64,000 nucleotides of DNA from Felis catus. Taxonomy: Eukaryota. The translations under genes and the position numbers were made by a program. Below the pieces are notes generated by a model. That model ran no database searches. It saw only the letters and a list, made by a program, of their open reading frames with translations, and was not told the DNA's origin. The stretch lies in assembly GCF_018350175.1 (NCBI RefSeq), contig NC_058368.1, positions 78,742,001 to 78,806,000 of the forward strand, in the 5' to 3' direction. Positions 12,261 to 25,300 of the stretch are shown one piece after another; position 1 is the first letter of the stretch, and each line of letters begins with the position of its first letter.

Positions 12261-13685
12261 TGTTTATTACTAAACAAGACAATTGATACTTTCTGGAATT
12301 TTAAGTATGAAATGGAAATCATCTAAACCCAGTATATTTTCGGAATTGGGGTGTGTCCAAGAAAATGATGGGTTTCTGCAGTAACTTTTCAAAACTTAGA
12401 CCAAAAGAAATATGATTTTTATAATTTCCAGCACATAGTTAAATAGGGCTTTGGAGTTTCCTCAAAGTTTTACAAATACCTCACTGGGAAAATAGAGTAT
12501 TTCTATGACGTGAGCAACACACTTAATATATAATCTCTATTTTTATGCAAAGAAATCAGATATCAGAGAGGTTATATAATAGAATAAAATCTCAAATCTA
12601 AATGTTTTGGGTCCCAATAAAATAATGCACTATGATTTTTTTATATTTATATATAAATATATATACATATATATATATTCATGTTATATATAAATACATG
12701 AATTTAATTATATATATATAACATAATATATATCATAATAGTTTTTCCACTGCGAATTTTTTTACTTACCTTATTTTAGTGATTGTTGAGCATCTCCCAT
12801 ATGTACATTTTTATTTTTCATCTTACATTATCTGATTTTTTGAAAATATTTTCTGATTTGCATCATATTCAAACATTAATGTTCTATAGCTCAATATTTT
12901 ACCTTTTTTTTTTTTAATAATTTCAAGGTAATTTGCCATTTCCCAGATTTTAAGAAGCTTTTCTATTAGGAATAAATCTCAAAAGCTGATAATTGATGAA
13001 CTCCAGTCATGTCAGGATTTATTCTCTTGAAAATCTCGATTTCACATTTATCCCAACATGTTTATACATGTATGTGTCTGCGTTGTGTCTGGAAGCACAC
13101 GATGAGTGAGCGCTTATAGGATATGCTCAGAACCTGCTCAGGCACTTGGCTCACCAGCCGGCTTCCCTCTGCCATCAGGTGCCACGGGACTGCGCTCAGG
13201 GTGGTCTCTGGGTCCGCTTGCTCTCTCCTCCCCTCTTTCCTCATGTGACTTTGGATAAAAGATTTGCATTTATTGCGGTTTTCTGAATTTTCACATCTGA
13301 TGGCGCAGTGCGGCCCCTTCCAAAGCCGGGGCAAATCTGAACACTGTAACAGCCCGTGGCATTTGGAACCATATGAAACAAATCCCTTTCATTTGGAGCT
13401 CATTATTTTGAAAGGAGAATAATTTAATTGAGTCAAACACTGCGGGGTGCTTATTTATACTGGAGAAAATGATTCACCCGTGTTACTGACAGATCATCTC
13501 GGGCTTTTTCTCTTTTCCTGTTGAAAAACTTGGGAGGCTATAATTTGATATTCCACATGTCCTGGCATTATTTAATAAATCTTACTTTATAAAGGGTAGC
13601 TCTGATACATAATTACAAGAAGTGAGTAATAGACAATTGAAGGATACAGTGTCATTTTAATTAGTTTTATTTATTCGCTTATTAT

Positions 13686-13866
13686 TTTTTTAAAAAGTAT
13701 TTATTTATTTTGAGAACGAGAGAGACAGACCACATAGGCAGGGGCTGGGCAGAGAGTGAAAGAGAGAGAACCCCAAGCAGGCTCTGCAGTGCCAGCACAG
13801 AACTGCGAGATCATGACCGAGCCAAAGAGCCAGACAGTTAACCCAGCTGAGCCCCCCAGGTGCCCC
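13686..13866 (-). mobile_element. Can-SINE with internal deletion of the B-box region
   Basis: gcaggctctgcagtgccagcacag joins directly to aactgcgagatcatgacc; ends caggtgcccc. Confidence 0.85.
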
Positions 13867-14510
13867 AGGGTAATGGTGAATTTTTTCTGTTACATACTCC
13901 CAGGAGATATTTCAAGGGCTTTTCACTCCTTGAAATCAGGTGCAGGGAAAATGTTAGCAGGTGGACAATCATTTACTAAGGGGAGCTCAGCAGTATCTTT
14001 ACCATTGGCCGCAACAACGCACACGGAAGGTTTTTTCGATCCTTGGCTTTTTGTGTTTGAACGTCTGATGTTCGCGATTTTTTTGCCTGTTGGATAGAGG
14101 GTGTCATGGACCGTGTCTGGTGGGCAGTGTGGAACCAGATCATTTTAATGGGTGCCGCATTTAATGGGTCTTAGTTTCTGGGAACTAACAATTCTGTCAT
14201 AACTGAAACAGTAAATGATATTTCAAAATCATGTTGCTTACTTTGTGTTAGTGGCTTCAACTGAGAGGTCAAAATTAACTCATTCCCAGACTTTACTCGT
14301 TAGTTGCTTGGACCATTCTATACTAGTATGAAGTTTTTATATTGTTTCGTTACAATTTATCTTTCCCATCACTTTGATTTAAATATTAAGACGTTGGGCA
14401 CCCTGCTGTTTAAGATTATATTTCTCCCTAGAAAATGAGCTATAACTCCAGATGGTTCAGGGTAAGTCTGATTCTCCAAGACCTGTGGCAGAGCTGATGT
14501 CTTTATCAAC

Positions 14511-14735
14511 TTAAAAATTTTTTTCTTAATATTTATTCGTTTTATTTTGAGAGAGAGAGAGAGAGAGACAACTTGAGTGGGGGAGGAGCAGAGAGAGGGA
14601 GACACAGAATCTGAAGCAGGTTCCAGGCTCTGAGCTGTCAGCACAGAGCCCGACGTGGGGCTTGAACTCATGAACCATGAGATCAGGACCTGGCCAAAGT
14701 CGGACATTCAACCGATTGAGCCACCAAGGTGCCCC
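14511..14735 (-). mobile_element. Can-SINE
   Basis: Full head, CT stretch and tail on the minus strand. Confidence 0.93.
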
Positions 14736-15439
14736 ATCTTTTTATGTAGATGACCCTACATATGATATTCGACCTCTTTCTTAACAGTTTATCTTGCCTT
14801 CAACTCCACTGACAAAATAAGTTTTCAGGCTTGAATGTGTTTGGCTTCACCCAACAAACTGTTGATTCCTCCCCCCCCCACATTTATTCACAGCCTTTTT
14901 TCCATTCCAAAAGGTGTGTGTTCGTTCTCTCTACACTATGTGCTCATCCGTCCTCTCTAGATTCAACTAATTTCCACCCTTTGAAGGACTTCTTCCTCAC
15001 TTTTTCATCTCTCATTTCCATGGTCTTTCTATTGGACCCTTCTTTTAAATTCATAGTTAGGTCCCAGGATCTTCCATTAATTCAGAAAATAAGGAAAACC
15101 CTGATCGAATGTATTTCCTGTAATTGTCACCTCAGTGTCTCTCTCATTTTTATAGTCAAGCTTCTCTGAAGAGCAGTGTGCGTTTGCTGACCCACTTATC
15201 ACCTCTCGGCCATGCTTCGGTGCGGCCAGGCTGGCTGCTGTCCATGCAAGGACCACAGCGTGGCCCTTGCCAAGAACACGGTTGGCATCGCTGTGATGGA
15301 CTCGGGAGGCACATTTTATTGTTTACCCTACTTAATTTATCTCACTAGATCTGAAGGCAAGTGGGTCAAAAAAAGAACTTGGGCAGACATCCAGGTTTTT
15401 AGCCCCGGGTTCGTGGCCATTAAACCCAAGAGCCTCTTT

Positions 15440-16050
15440 GCTTTATTGAGGTATACTTGATAAACGTGGTTGTGTATACATATATTTTAAATTTTTTTAA
15501 TGTTTACTTTTGAAAGAGAGAGAGACAGAGGGTGAGCAAGGCAGGGGCAGAGATAGAAGGAGACACAGAATCGGAAGCAGGCTCCAGGCTCCGAGCCATC
15601 AGCACAGAGCCTGACGCGAGACTCGAACCCACACACCGTGAGATCATGACCTGAGCCAAAGTCGGATGCTTAACCTACTGAGCCACCCAGGCGCCCCATG
15701 ATTGTATATTTTTTAAGTGTGCAACGTGATGATCTGATATAAGCATACTTTGTGAAACGATTACCACATTCAGATTAATTAATATACATCCACCAACTCA
15801 CGTAGTGGCCAGTAATTCTTTTTCTGTTGTGGTAAGAATGTGGTAGGAAGATCTACTGTCTTAGCAAAACTCAAGTGTACAAAACAATGTTACTACTCAC
15901 AGTCACCATGCTGTATGTTAGATCCTGAAAGCACATCCATCTATCTGTAACTGGAGGCTGGTTCTCTGCCCAGTAGCTCCCCATCTCCCCGACCCCAGCC
16001 CCTGGTGACCACCCTTCTCCTCTGTGTTTCTAAGAGTTTGACTTCTGTTT
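15440..16050 (-). mobile_element. Old L1 (L1MA/MB-type) 3' end, interrupted by a SINE
   Basis: ctttattgaggtata...gtgtgcaacgtgatgat...aagatctactgtcttagcaa...agtcaccatgctgtatgttagatcc...gcccctggtgaccacc. Confidence 0.7.
15485..15697 (-). mobile_element. Can-SINE
   Basis: Full element with degenerate TSD (gtggttgtgtata / atgattgtatatt). Confidence 0.93.
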
Positions 16051-16540
16051 GTTGTACGTCCTACCATGGCCTAAACCTTCCCATCACTAAAATCTATAGT
16101 GAAAATCCATCCTGACCTTACGGTGAAAATTCTCACTCAATATTCACTGGGACTAAGACCATGAAAGGGATTTCAGAAAACGGGCAATAGTGTGTGCTTC
16201 GTGATTTTTCTATGACTTGACATAAAATTCTTTGAAGGACCGAGAAATACACTTTCATAGGCATCTGACAGAAACATGAGTCCTTTTGGTTTTTCCCAGG
16301 CTTGGAAGGTTTGAGACACACATGTGTCCAGGTCCAAGGCATAAGGAAAACTTCCTTAGGCTTCCCTGTTCATTTATGTAAGCTCCCATTTTTGGTAAAT
16401 TATACTTCTTCTTCAAAAGTGCTTTCCATTATAACCTTTTTTCATCTACATTTAAGACAATTTAAAAAATTTAATAATTTAATATTGCAAAGCATTTAGA
16501 TTTAATTTCTGAATGTCCTTTTAGTAAGACATATTGTTTT

Positions 16541-16755
16541 TCTTTAAAAATATTTTTTTTAATGTTTATTTATTTTTGAGAGAGAGAGCGTGAGCAGGGG
16601 AGGAGCAGAGAGAGAGGGAGACACAGAATCCGAAGCAGGCTCCAGGCTCCGAGCTGTCAGCAGAGAGCCCGATGTGGGGTTCAAATCCACGAACCACGAG
16701 ATCATGATCTGAGCTGAAGTCGGACACTTAACCAATTGAGCCACCCGGGCACCCC
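16541..16755 (-). mobile_element. Can-SINE
   Basis: Full element on the minus strand. Confidence 0.93.
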
Positions 16756-18500
16756 AAGATGTGATATTTTTCTAATCACAGAAGCAATTCACATTTATTT
16801 CAGAAGCATTGAAAATATAGAAAAACCAAAAGAACATAAAAGTCCCCCACAATCCCACAGCTCAGAGAAAGTCAACGTTATCATTTTAATGCATAGCTTC
16901 CTGGTTCTTTGTGGGGGTGAGCGTAGCACCCACTTAGTCCATACGATTTCTTTGCAATATCACAAAATTATTCCATGTTTTTAAGTATTTTGTGAAACGT
17001 GTATTTAGAGGCTGCACAGTGTTCTAGAGTTTAGATGCTGTAATACTTTTGGGGAATTTCAGCTGTTTCCAGTTTCTCACGCTTAAAAATGATGAGTAAT
17101 TTGTAATTTAAAAGAGCTGCTATTTACAATGGAACATAATCATCACTTTTATTTCCTCCATGACTGAGTGGAAGAAGTTCAACTAAAGAGAGCTCTGAGG
17201 ACGGATACGGATGTCTACGCATCTGGCTCTTTCTAAACTAGAAGCACGTAACTGAGTTTTTCCTAGCTGTTGCCAACTGGATTTCAGCATAAGAATTACG
17301 CCGTGATGCTCTAAGACACGCCTCATGTGAAATGGCTGGCCTGTACCTCTGGAGTGCATCTAATAGTTCAGTCCTTGGAAGACTGACAAAGTAGCCAAGT
17401 CCAGAACCCTGCATGAGAAGGGCTGTGCCATCGTGCCCCACGGCAAGTTTGTGTGGGACATGGGCTACTGTAGGGTCAGAGATGCCTGGAAGTACTTACT
17501 TAGAAGCATCATGTGGCATTTCTGCTCTGCTTCGTTTCTCACCCCCTGCCCCCCAACCTTGTGTTCAAGGTTACATCTCAAGAACGGCTTTGGGATGATG
17601 AAATATCACCCCTTTGTGGGTGTCATAGCCCGGGAGTCCTTATACAATATGACTGCCTTTCGATTTGGAATGTGCCTTCTACGTAGGTAGCGCTGGATTG
17701 TGTATAGAGCAGTGAAAGAAAATAACCTGCTATCATATGCCTTGACTTTTGGTTCAAGTTGTGTTTTTCTCAGTGTTCATTCCCTGTAGGTCGATGATCA
17801 GTATCCCATGCAGATTTTCCCCTACTGTGTGCCCTCTATGTAGCATTGCTTAGGAGTTTATATTTTATTAGCAATGACTTGCATTGAACCACTTCTGTAA
17901 GTGATCACTGTTTCGACGACCCCGTAGTTCTGAGGTGGTTAGATTTTCATACAGTCGGTTCAGCTAAAGAGAAGAGAAAAGGGTCAAGACATTCCCATGA
18001 GCATAGAGAAACATTGGTTTTCTGATCCCGGTCATTACGGCTCCCTCTTTACCTCCATTGCAAGAGCACGCCTGACCGCCATACTGGCTGCTAGCTGTGG
18101 GTGACAGAGTGTTTTTTACTTAATTCCGAACTCATCCCGGGGACTTGGATGCAATGTTTATTAATAAATCAAGCCCCACAAGATAAGAAATTCCTTCACA
18201 GTCAAATTTAAAGAAACATTCAGTCCTTAAACCGCATTGGAAAAGCACATTATCGTACCAGGATACTGCACACTGCTTGCTCGTGTTGGGAGGGCTCGTA
18301 AACACAGACCCAGAACAGTGCATATTTCTGGTACTTTCCTGTAATGCCATTGTTGTCATTCATGATTCTTGACACCCTCATTTCTTTTTCAATATTATAT
18401 CTGTTACAACAACCAGATCTGGGTATTTTAATATTCACAGAAATATGATGTTAGGTAATTTAGTCTTTAGATTTTTTTTCATTTTCAGTGAAGATATTAT

Positions 18501-18503
<3 letters not shown>

Positions 18504-18538
<35 letters not shown>

Positions 18539-18866
18539 CTATCTATAATTTTCTATGATATATTATATATATAATTTCTATCTATAATTTTCTGATATGT
18601 AATATATATAATTTCCATCTATAATTTTCTGATATCTAATATATATATTATTTCTATCTATAATTTTCTATGATATCTAATATATATATAATTTCTATCT
18701 ATAATTTTCTATGATATCTGTGATATCATATATATACATATATGCATATATGCATATAAATACATATGTATAAATACATATATGCATATATGCATATATT
18801 TATATATACATATATGCGTATATGTATTTATATATGCATATATGTATATACATTTATATATATATA
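18504..18866. repeat. AT-rich compound repeat: (TA)n, five ~40-bp units, then a TATGCA-rich block
   Basis: Unit ATAATTTCTATCTATAATTTTCT(AT)GATAT occurs 5 times (18532-18720), followed by a catatatgcatata block. Confidence 0.9.
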
Positions 18867-20015
18867 AAACTTAATTCAGAAAGCTTGAGCCAGGACTTGC
18901 CAAATGAAATCACTCTTTGAAAGACTTGGTAGGCTGTGTTCCCTTAATGATTGTAGTCTGTGTTTAAAAAAAAAATCCTAACACCTAAGAAGGTTTTAAC
19001 TTTAAGAATTGTGTAATTTGCAGATAATATAACAGAATTTCAGGATTCCGTGTTAAAACTTGAATAGCTGCTAGTTGTTTTTGTGGAGATGGGGCGGGAG
19101 TAAGAAAACACACTGTGTCTCAGAAAACACACACACTTTATCCCCTGGTTTGCTATCATTCATGTGATTTTGGTATTTTGTCTGGTGGGCACATGTCATT
19201 TCATGCCATTTATTAAATCTTTGGCCAGTTGAGATTTAGGAGAAATCAGCAATCTGCATTTACCTGGCAACTGAGAAGGAAAATGAGGAGGAAAGATGTG
19301 ATGTGGGAAAAGTGTAGAAAAACTAAGACACGTTTGAATTTCGCTCTGTCTGACTGCCCGGGGTACACAGAGTATGCAAGAAAACCTAGTGTGGGAACCA
19401 TTTGGCAGACAGAAGTGCTCTCACCCTTTTCTGTAATAATTGAAGACTTTTACTAAAAACTTTGGCTTACAACTTGGCAGACTAGGAGTCAGGTGGGAGT
19501 GTATATAGGAATAAGGAATATAATAAAAGATAAGATAACTTTTTTGGCTTGAGAAAGTAAATTAAAAAAAAAAAAAGAAGGGAGCCAAGCCAAAACGATG
19601 CCATAGAAAAATCCAGTCACCATCCAGTATTTTCTGTCAGCCTAGAGGAAGTAGAAGGGGAATAAATCTGCAAGTAGTAACAGAAGCAAGAGAAGTGTTT
19701 GATGGCCGTTTCCACATGACTCTAAGGCTGGGGGCAGAAATAAAATAACGTTTCCAGGAAGCACAAGACAACACAGCTATGACAGCTGTGAGCCTGTGCA
19801 GCACGGGGCCCTCCCTTTAGAGGCCGTGAGGAGTAGGTCCAGGCCAGAGTGCTGCTTTCCACATGAACTGGTTCTCAGAATCGGCAAACATCGGTTCTAG
19901 AATTACGTCCTTGGTTCTGACACTCACCTGTCCTGCTGCCCTCATCCGTGGGGACACAGTTACCACCTGCCTCCATTCTTAAATAATGAAACTGGTAACT
20001 AAAAGGGTTACCATT

Positions 20016-20239
20016 GGGGCGCCTGGGTGGCTCAGTCAGTTAAGCGTCCGACTTTGGCTCAGGTCATGGTCTCGCGGTCCGTGAGTTTGAGCCCGTGTCG
20101 GGCTCTGTGCTGACAGCTCAGAGCCTGGAGCCTGTTTCAGATTCTGTGTCTCCCTCTCTCTCTGACCCTCCCCTGTTCATGCTGTCTCTCCCTGTCTCAA
20201 AAATAAATAAACGTTAAAAAAAATTTAAAAAAAATTTAA
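20016..20239 (+). mobile_element. Young felid Can-SINE
   Basis: Perfect 15-bp TSD AAAAGGGTTACCATT (20001-20015 and 20240-20254). Confidence 0.96.
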
Positions 20240-22203
20240 AAAAGGGTTACCATTAAAGAAAAGGGTTTGGGCATCCCCAGTCCAGGTGCCTCCTGATGAG
20301 GTCCTTACAGACTGTCCCTGGGACTCAGTCTAGCTCAGTAGTGCCCCAAGCACTTGGCCCAGGGCTTCCCGTCTCACTGTGACCCGTCCAGCAGGTGGAG
20401 GCTTCACAGTGCTCTGGGGCGGTGTGGAGTTCTAAGATAGAGATTCTGCAGGGACCCCAAATGCGTTTGACCGTGACACCTGGGAGACATCTCTTAAAAA
20501 CATACTGTGCCATGAAATGCAGGTAAAAGTCGCAGAAGCTCCTCAGTGAAGCTGGAGAGGAGAAAGGACATCGATGTGTGAGGGGCTGGTTCCACCAGGA
20601 TCCAGTGCCCTCACCTCTGTTACCTCCTCTGAGCAGGGTTTAGTCGACAGTGAAAATGTGCAGGGACAGAACTTTGAGAGCATCAGTCTGAGATTGGGGA
20701 GAGTTAATTGGAAGGTCGCTGATAACGAGAAATTCTCAACAATAGAATAGTTTAAGAGACTTCATTTCCGTCTCCTCTCCGAGTGAGATGACAGTCGGTC
20801 TTAATGACATCATTGCCCGGGGTTTTCACAGCCAGCGACACAACCAGGTGAGGATCCACCTGGGGTTTGTTTCCAAAATTCATGTCCGTCCCATTTCTGC
20901 CACGCTTCTGTATCTACTGCCTTTCTTGGGCTTTGATGAGAGTGGGGATTATTTCATAAATTTAACTGGACCCTTTAAATAAACTGTAAATACCTTGAAG
21001 GTGGCTTCTTTGCCTTATAATTTTTATACCACTTCTGCACCCTCATCTGAGAACTGCAGATACGAAGATGCGAAAGAGACCTCAAAACATGGAATAGGGT
21101 TATGGGATTGCAGAGTCTGGCAGGGACCTTGTCACATCATCTCATCGAAAGACTTATTTGAACTGTCCCAGGGGTCTGGGGCTGGGTTTGGAGAGGAAGC
21201 CACCTGTCCACCTGGCACAACGCCATTGATGGATCTGCTCAGGGATCCTTGAATCCTGACGGGTTTAACCTTTCCTACGGCAGTCAGATTCACCTGCTTC
21301 TTCTCGCACGTACTATGCTCTGGATTAGTACAAATTCTGATGATATTTTAGAACAAAAAAAAGCCATTCTCAATAAGCTGTGAGGGAGTCTTCTCCTCAA
21401 ACTCAGGATAAAAATGGAAACACTATTTTCAAAAATATCTCTGGCGAATTATGTGCATTCATTCATTCATTCATTCAGTACATTTTTTATTGAGGGACTG
21501 CTGTGTGCTGTGTGCTAGGCTTGCTCCTAAGGATACATGAGCAACAGAGCAACCAAAGGGTCTTTGGCCTTAAATGTGGATACTGTGTAGGAGAGAAGGT
21601 GAGAGTGAGCATAAACACTAATTTGTTTCTTAGTGTATACATATTAATATATTTACATCAATATTTTTATGCGTGCCTCACATCAAATCTCAGCTTCGGG
21701 TGAGGGTTGGGATGGGGTAAGTAGGCTGTGTGTGGACCTCACCCCCGTGGCCCTGCGCACACGTGGACTAAGACAGAAGAGGCCCCTCAGTGGAAGCAAT
21801 GCCTTTGCAAGAACATGACCTGAAATGCTGGTGAGTCACTCTGGGCTTAGGATGTGGTGATGAGAGTGAAGGAAATACTGATGTTATATTTTGAAGGTGA
21901 AATCGGTAGTAATGTGGGTCGTTTAACATCAAAGATGGAGAGGGAATTTAAAAATGACTCCAAGCCATCTGTGTTTGGGAAATTGGAAGGGGTGGTGCAA
22001 AGACCATCAGAGAAAAAAAGTTTTCTGTGGGAGGGCTATGCATTCCTTTTTGAACATGTCAAGGTCAGAATCCATGAAAGATCCACCGGGGGACGTCCAG
22101 GAGGCATTGTTTCTGGAACTCAAGAGAGAGAGTCTCATCTACACACATGGGAACAGAAGCCCTCGAGTAAATCAGGTCACCCAGTCAAAATGAAAGAACA
22201 TTT

Positions 22204-22441
22204 AGAGTGCCTGTGTGGCTCAGTTGGTTGAGCGTCCTACTTTAGCTCAGGTCATGATCTCACAGCTCGTGAGTACGAGCCCTGCGTCGGGCTCTGTGCT
22301 GATGGCTCGGAGCCTGGAGCCTGCTTCGGATTCTGTGTCTCCCTCTCTCTCTCTCCCCCTAACCCACTCGCATTCGTCTCTGTTTCTCTCAAAAATAAAT
22401 AAACATTAAAAAAATTTTTAAATAAAAAGAAATGAAAAAAA
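22204..22441 (+). mobile_element. Can-SINE
   Basis: TSD TGAAAGAACATTT (22191-22203 and 22443-22455). Confidence 0.93.
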
Positions 22442-22996
22442 GTGAAAGAACATTTGAAAGATGGTCCAAAGTATACCAATTAAAAGACTGTTAGAGAAAC
22501 AGGAGGCTGCAGAGAAAACTGGAAGAGAGGAGCCAGATTTAGAAGGCAAACCAGAAGCTGGTGCTGTCGTGAGTGTCCAGGGGAAACATGGCTGGAGAGT
22601 GTCCTTGTGGATGGCGGAGTGGGAATTAATGGGAGAAGCTAGTCATTCAAACGTGGGGAAGTAAATGCTAGGAAAGTTTCAAATTGTGTCCCAAGCTCAA
22701 ATGCAAGCACATATACACTCTGTGTCGTTTCCCTTTCGTATGTGTATAAATATCGCAGTGTGGAACATTAAAACTGTAATAGAATATGCTAGACTAAAGA
22801 AAGAAAAAGAAAGAGAGGAGCTGATACCATAAGGCACCAGAGATAAATCACACATGAGGACCATTAACGCAAGGTATTTAGGGACAGAAAATATCAATTG
22901 TCCATATTCACAGTTTGCCGGTAAACAAAACCAGAAAAGGCTGTATTTTCTCTGAGCAAAGTATGGAGTGTTCGGATGAACAAAATAAGCCTTTTA

Positions 22997-23723
22997 TTTT
23001 ATGTATTTATTTTTTAATGAAATTTATTGTCAGATTGGTTTCCATACAACAACCAGTGTGCATCCCAACAGGTGCCCTCCTCGATGCCCATCACCCTCCC
23101 CTCCCTCACACCCCCCATCAACCCTCAGTTTATTCTCAGTTTTTAAGAGTCTCTTATGTTTTGCCTTCCTCCCTCTCTGTAACTTTTTTTCCCCTTCCCC
23201 TCCCCCATGGTCTTCTGTTAAGCTTCTGAGGATCCACATAAGAGTGAAAACATATGGTATCTGTCTTTCTCTGCCTGACTTCTTTCACTTAGCATAATAC
23301 CCTCCAGTTCCATCCACGTTGCTGCAAATGGCCAGATTTCATTCTTTCTCATTGCCAAGTAGTATTCCATTGTGTATATAAACCACTTTATCCATTCGTC
23401 AATTGATGGACATTTAGGCTCTTTGCATAATTCGGCCATTGTTGAAAGTGCTGCTATAAACATTGGGGTACAAGTGCCCCTATGCGTCAGCACTCCTGTA
23501 TCCCTTGGGTAAATTCCTAGCAGTGCTATTGCTGGGTCATAGGGTAGGTCTATTTTTAACTGTTTGAGGAACCTCCACACTGTTTTCCAGAGCAGCTGCA
23601 CCAGTTTGCATTCCCACCAACAGGGCAAGAGGGTTCCCATTTCTTCACATCCTCTCCAGCATCTGTAGTCTCCTGATTTGTTCATTTTAGCCACTCTGAC
23701 TGGTGTGAGGTGATATCTCAGTG
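22997..23723 (-). mobile_element. 5'-truncated felid L1, about 730 bp, antisense
   Basis: The minus-strand ORF 23218-23694 is the ORF2 C-terminus (CWRGC...CWWEC...[12 protein letters not shown]). TSD AAAATAAGCCTTTTA (22982-22996 and 23724-23738). Confidence 0.96.
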
Positions 23724-24589
23724 AAAATAAGCCTTTTAAAAAGCAGGGAACACTGACTGGTATTAGAGAATAATTAAATGAAAATCAGTGAGGTAGAAAG
23801 ACACTGCCTCATTTCGTGCAAGGTCTTTGTCAATGAATATTGTGTGGTTCACACAAAACCATGATATGAAGGGAAATAAATGAGTGGCTTAGTAGGACAC
23901 GTAATATAAGCAAATTGCACAATACCTTCAAATTATGTTCAATTTACCCTCACCATAGGGGGCTCTTTACTAACGTGGAACCCATGATTTCTTCTCTCAG
24001 CTTTTTCTCGGAAACACTCATTCACCGTGGTTCCTTATGAAATTGTATCTTTTAATTGGATGGTTGACCTTTAATTATATCGTGGCCACTCATTGATTCA
24101 AACGTTACTCAGGTTTGCTTGCCAGATAATCATTGACTTGTCTAAAGTTTTACTGCTCACCTTTGACTTTAGTAGATTTGAAACTCATCCGGGACCCAAG
24201 AGAACAGTCCTGTGTTTTCATCTTGTTTCAGAGTGTTGTTCATTGTTTATTTTGAAGAATACTTTTCTCAATATAAATGTCACACATTTATTGTAGAAAA
24301 TTGAAGGAAACCCATACATGTAAAGAAGAAAATTAAAAATCACTAATAATTCCATCGCATAGAGCTAATCACTGAGTATGTTTTGATGTGTTCTGTCCTC
24401 TGTGTCTCTCCTCCCCACATGCCAGAATTTACACAGAATTTACCTGATATGATGGTACATGTATGTATTGGTAGCTTTTCTTTTTATATACACTTTCTGC
24501 ACATCCCCAGGTCCTAAAATTTTCTTCTACATGGTGGTTTAGTAATACGCAGTTGTGTCATATAAATGTCCTTATTTAAGTATTCTCCT

Positions 24590-24833
24590 CTTTTATTTTT
24601 TATTTTATTATTATTTTTTTAATTTTTAAAAATTTTTATTTATTTTTGAGACAGAGGGAGACACAGGGCAAGTGGGGGAGGGGCAGAGGGAGAGGGAGAC
24701 ACAGAATCTGAAACAGGCTCCAGGCTCTGAGCTGTCAGCACAGAGCCCGATGCGGGGCTCGAACTCACAGACCGTGAGATCATGACCTGAGCCGAAGTCA
24801 GACGCTCAACTGATTGAGCCACCCAGGTGCCCC
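24590..24833 (-). mobile_element. Can-SINE (inner element of nested stack)
   Basis: Full element ending caggtgcccc at 24833. Confidence 0.93.
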
Positions 24834-24869
24834 TATTTTATTTTATTTGTAATGTTTTTACTTATTTTT

Positions 24870-24913
<44 letters not shown>

Positions 24914-25085
24914 CAAAGCATGAGCAGGGGAGGGGCAGAGAGAGAGGGAGACACAGAATCCAAAGCAGGCTCCAGGCTGTGAGCTGTCAGCACGGAGCCT
25001 GATGCAGGGCTTGAACTCACTAACTGTGAGATCATGACCTGAGCCGAAGTCAGACGCTTAACCGACTGAGCCACCCAGGTGCCCC
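24834..25085 (-). mobile_element. Can-SINE (inner element of nested stack)
   Basis: Full element ending caggtgcccc at 25085; contains (GA)n(GACA)n. Confidence 0.93.
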
Positions 25086-25300
25086 TATTTTATTTTATTT
25101 TTAATGTTGATTTATTTTTGACAGAGAGAGAGAGAACAAGCCGGGGAGGGGCAGAGAGAGAGAGAGGGAGAGAGAGAGAATTCCAGGCAGGCTCTGCACT
25201 TCCAACACAGAGCCCGATGTGGGGTTTGATCCCATGAACCTTGCCATCATGGCCTAAGCTAAAATCGGATGCTTAACTGACGGAGCCACCCAGGCGCCCC
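25086..25300 (-). mobile_element. Can-SINE (host element of nested stack)
   Basis: More diverged body. TSD AAGTATTCTCCT (24578-24589 and 25301-25312) brackets all three SINEs. Confidence 0.92.
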
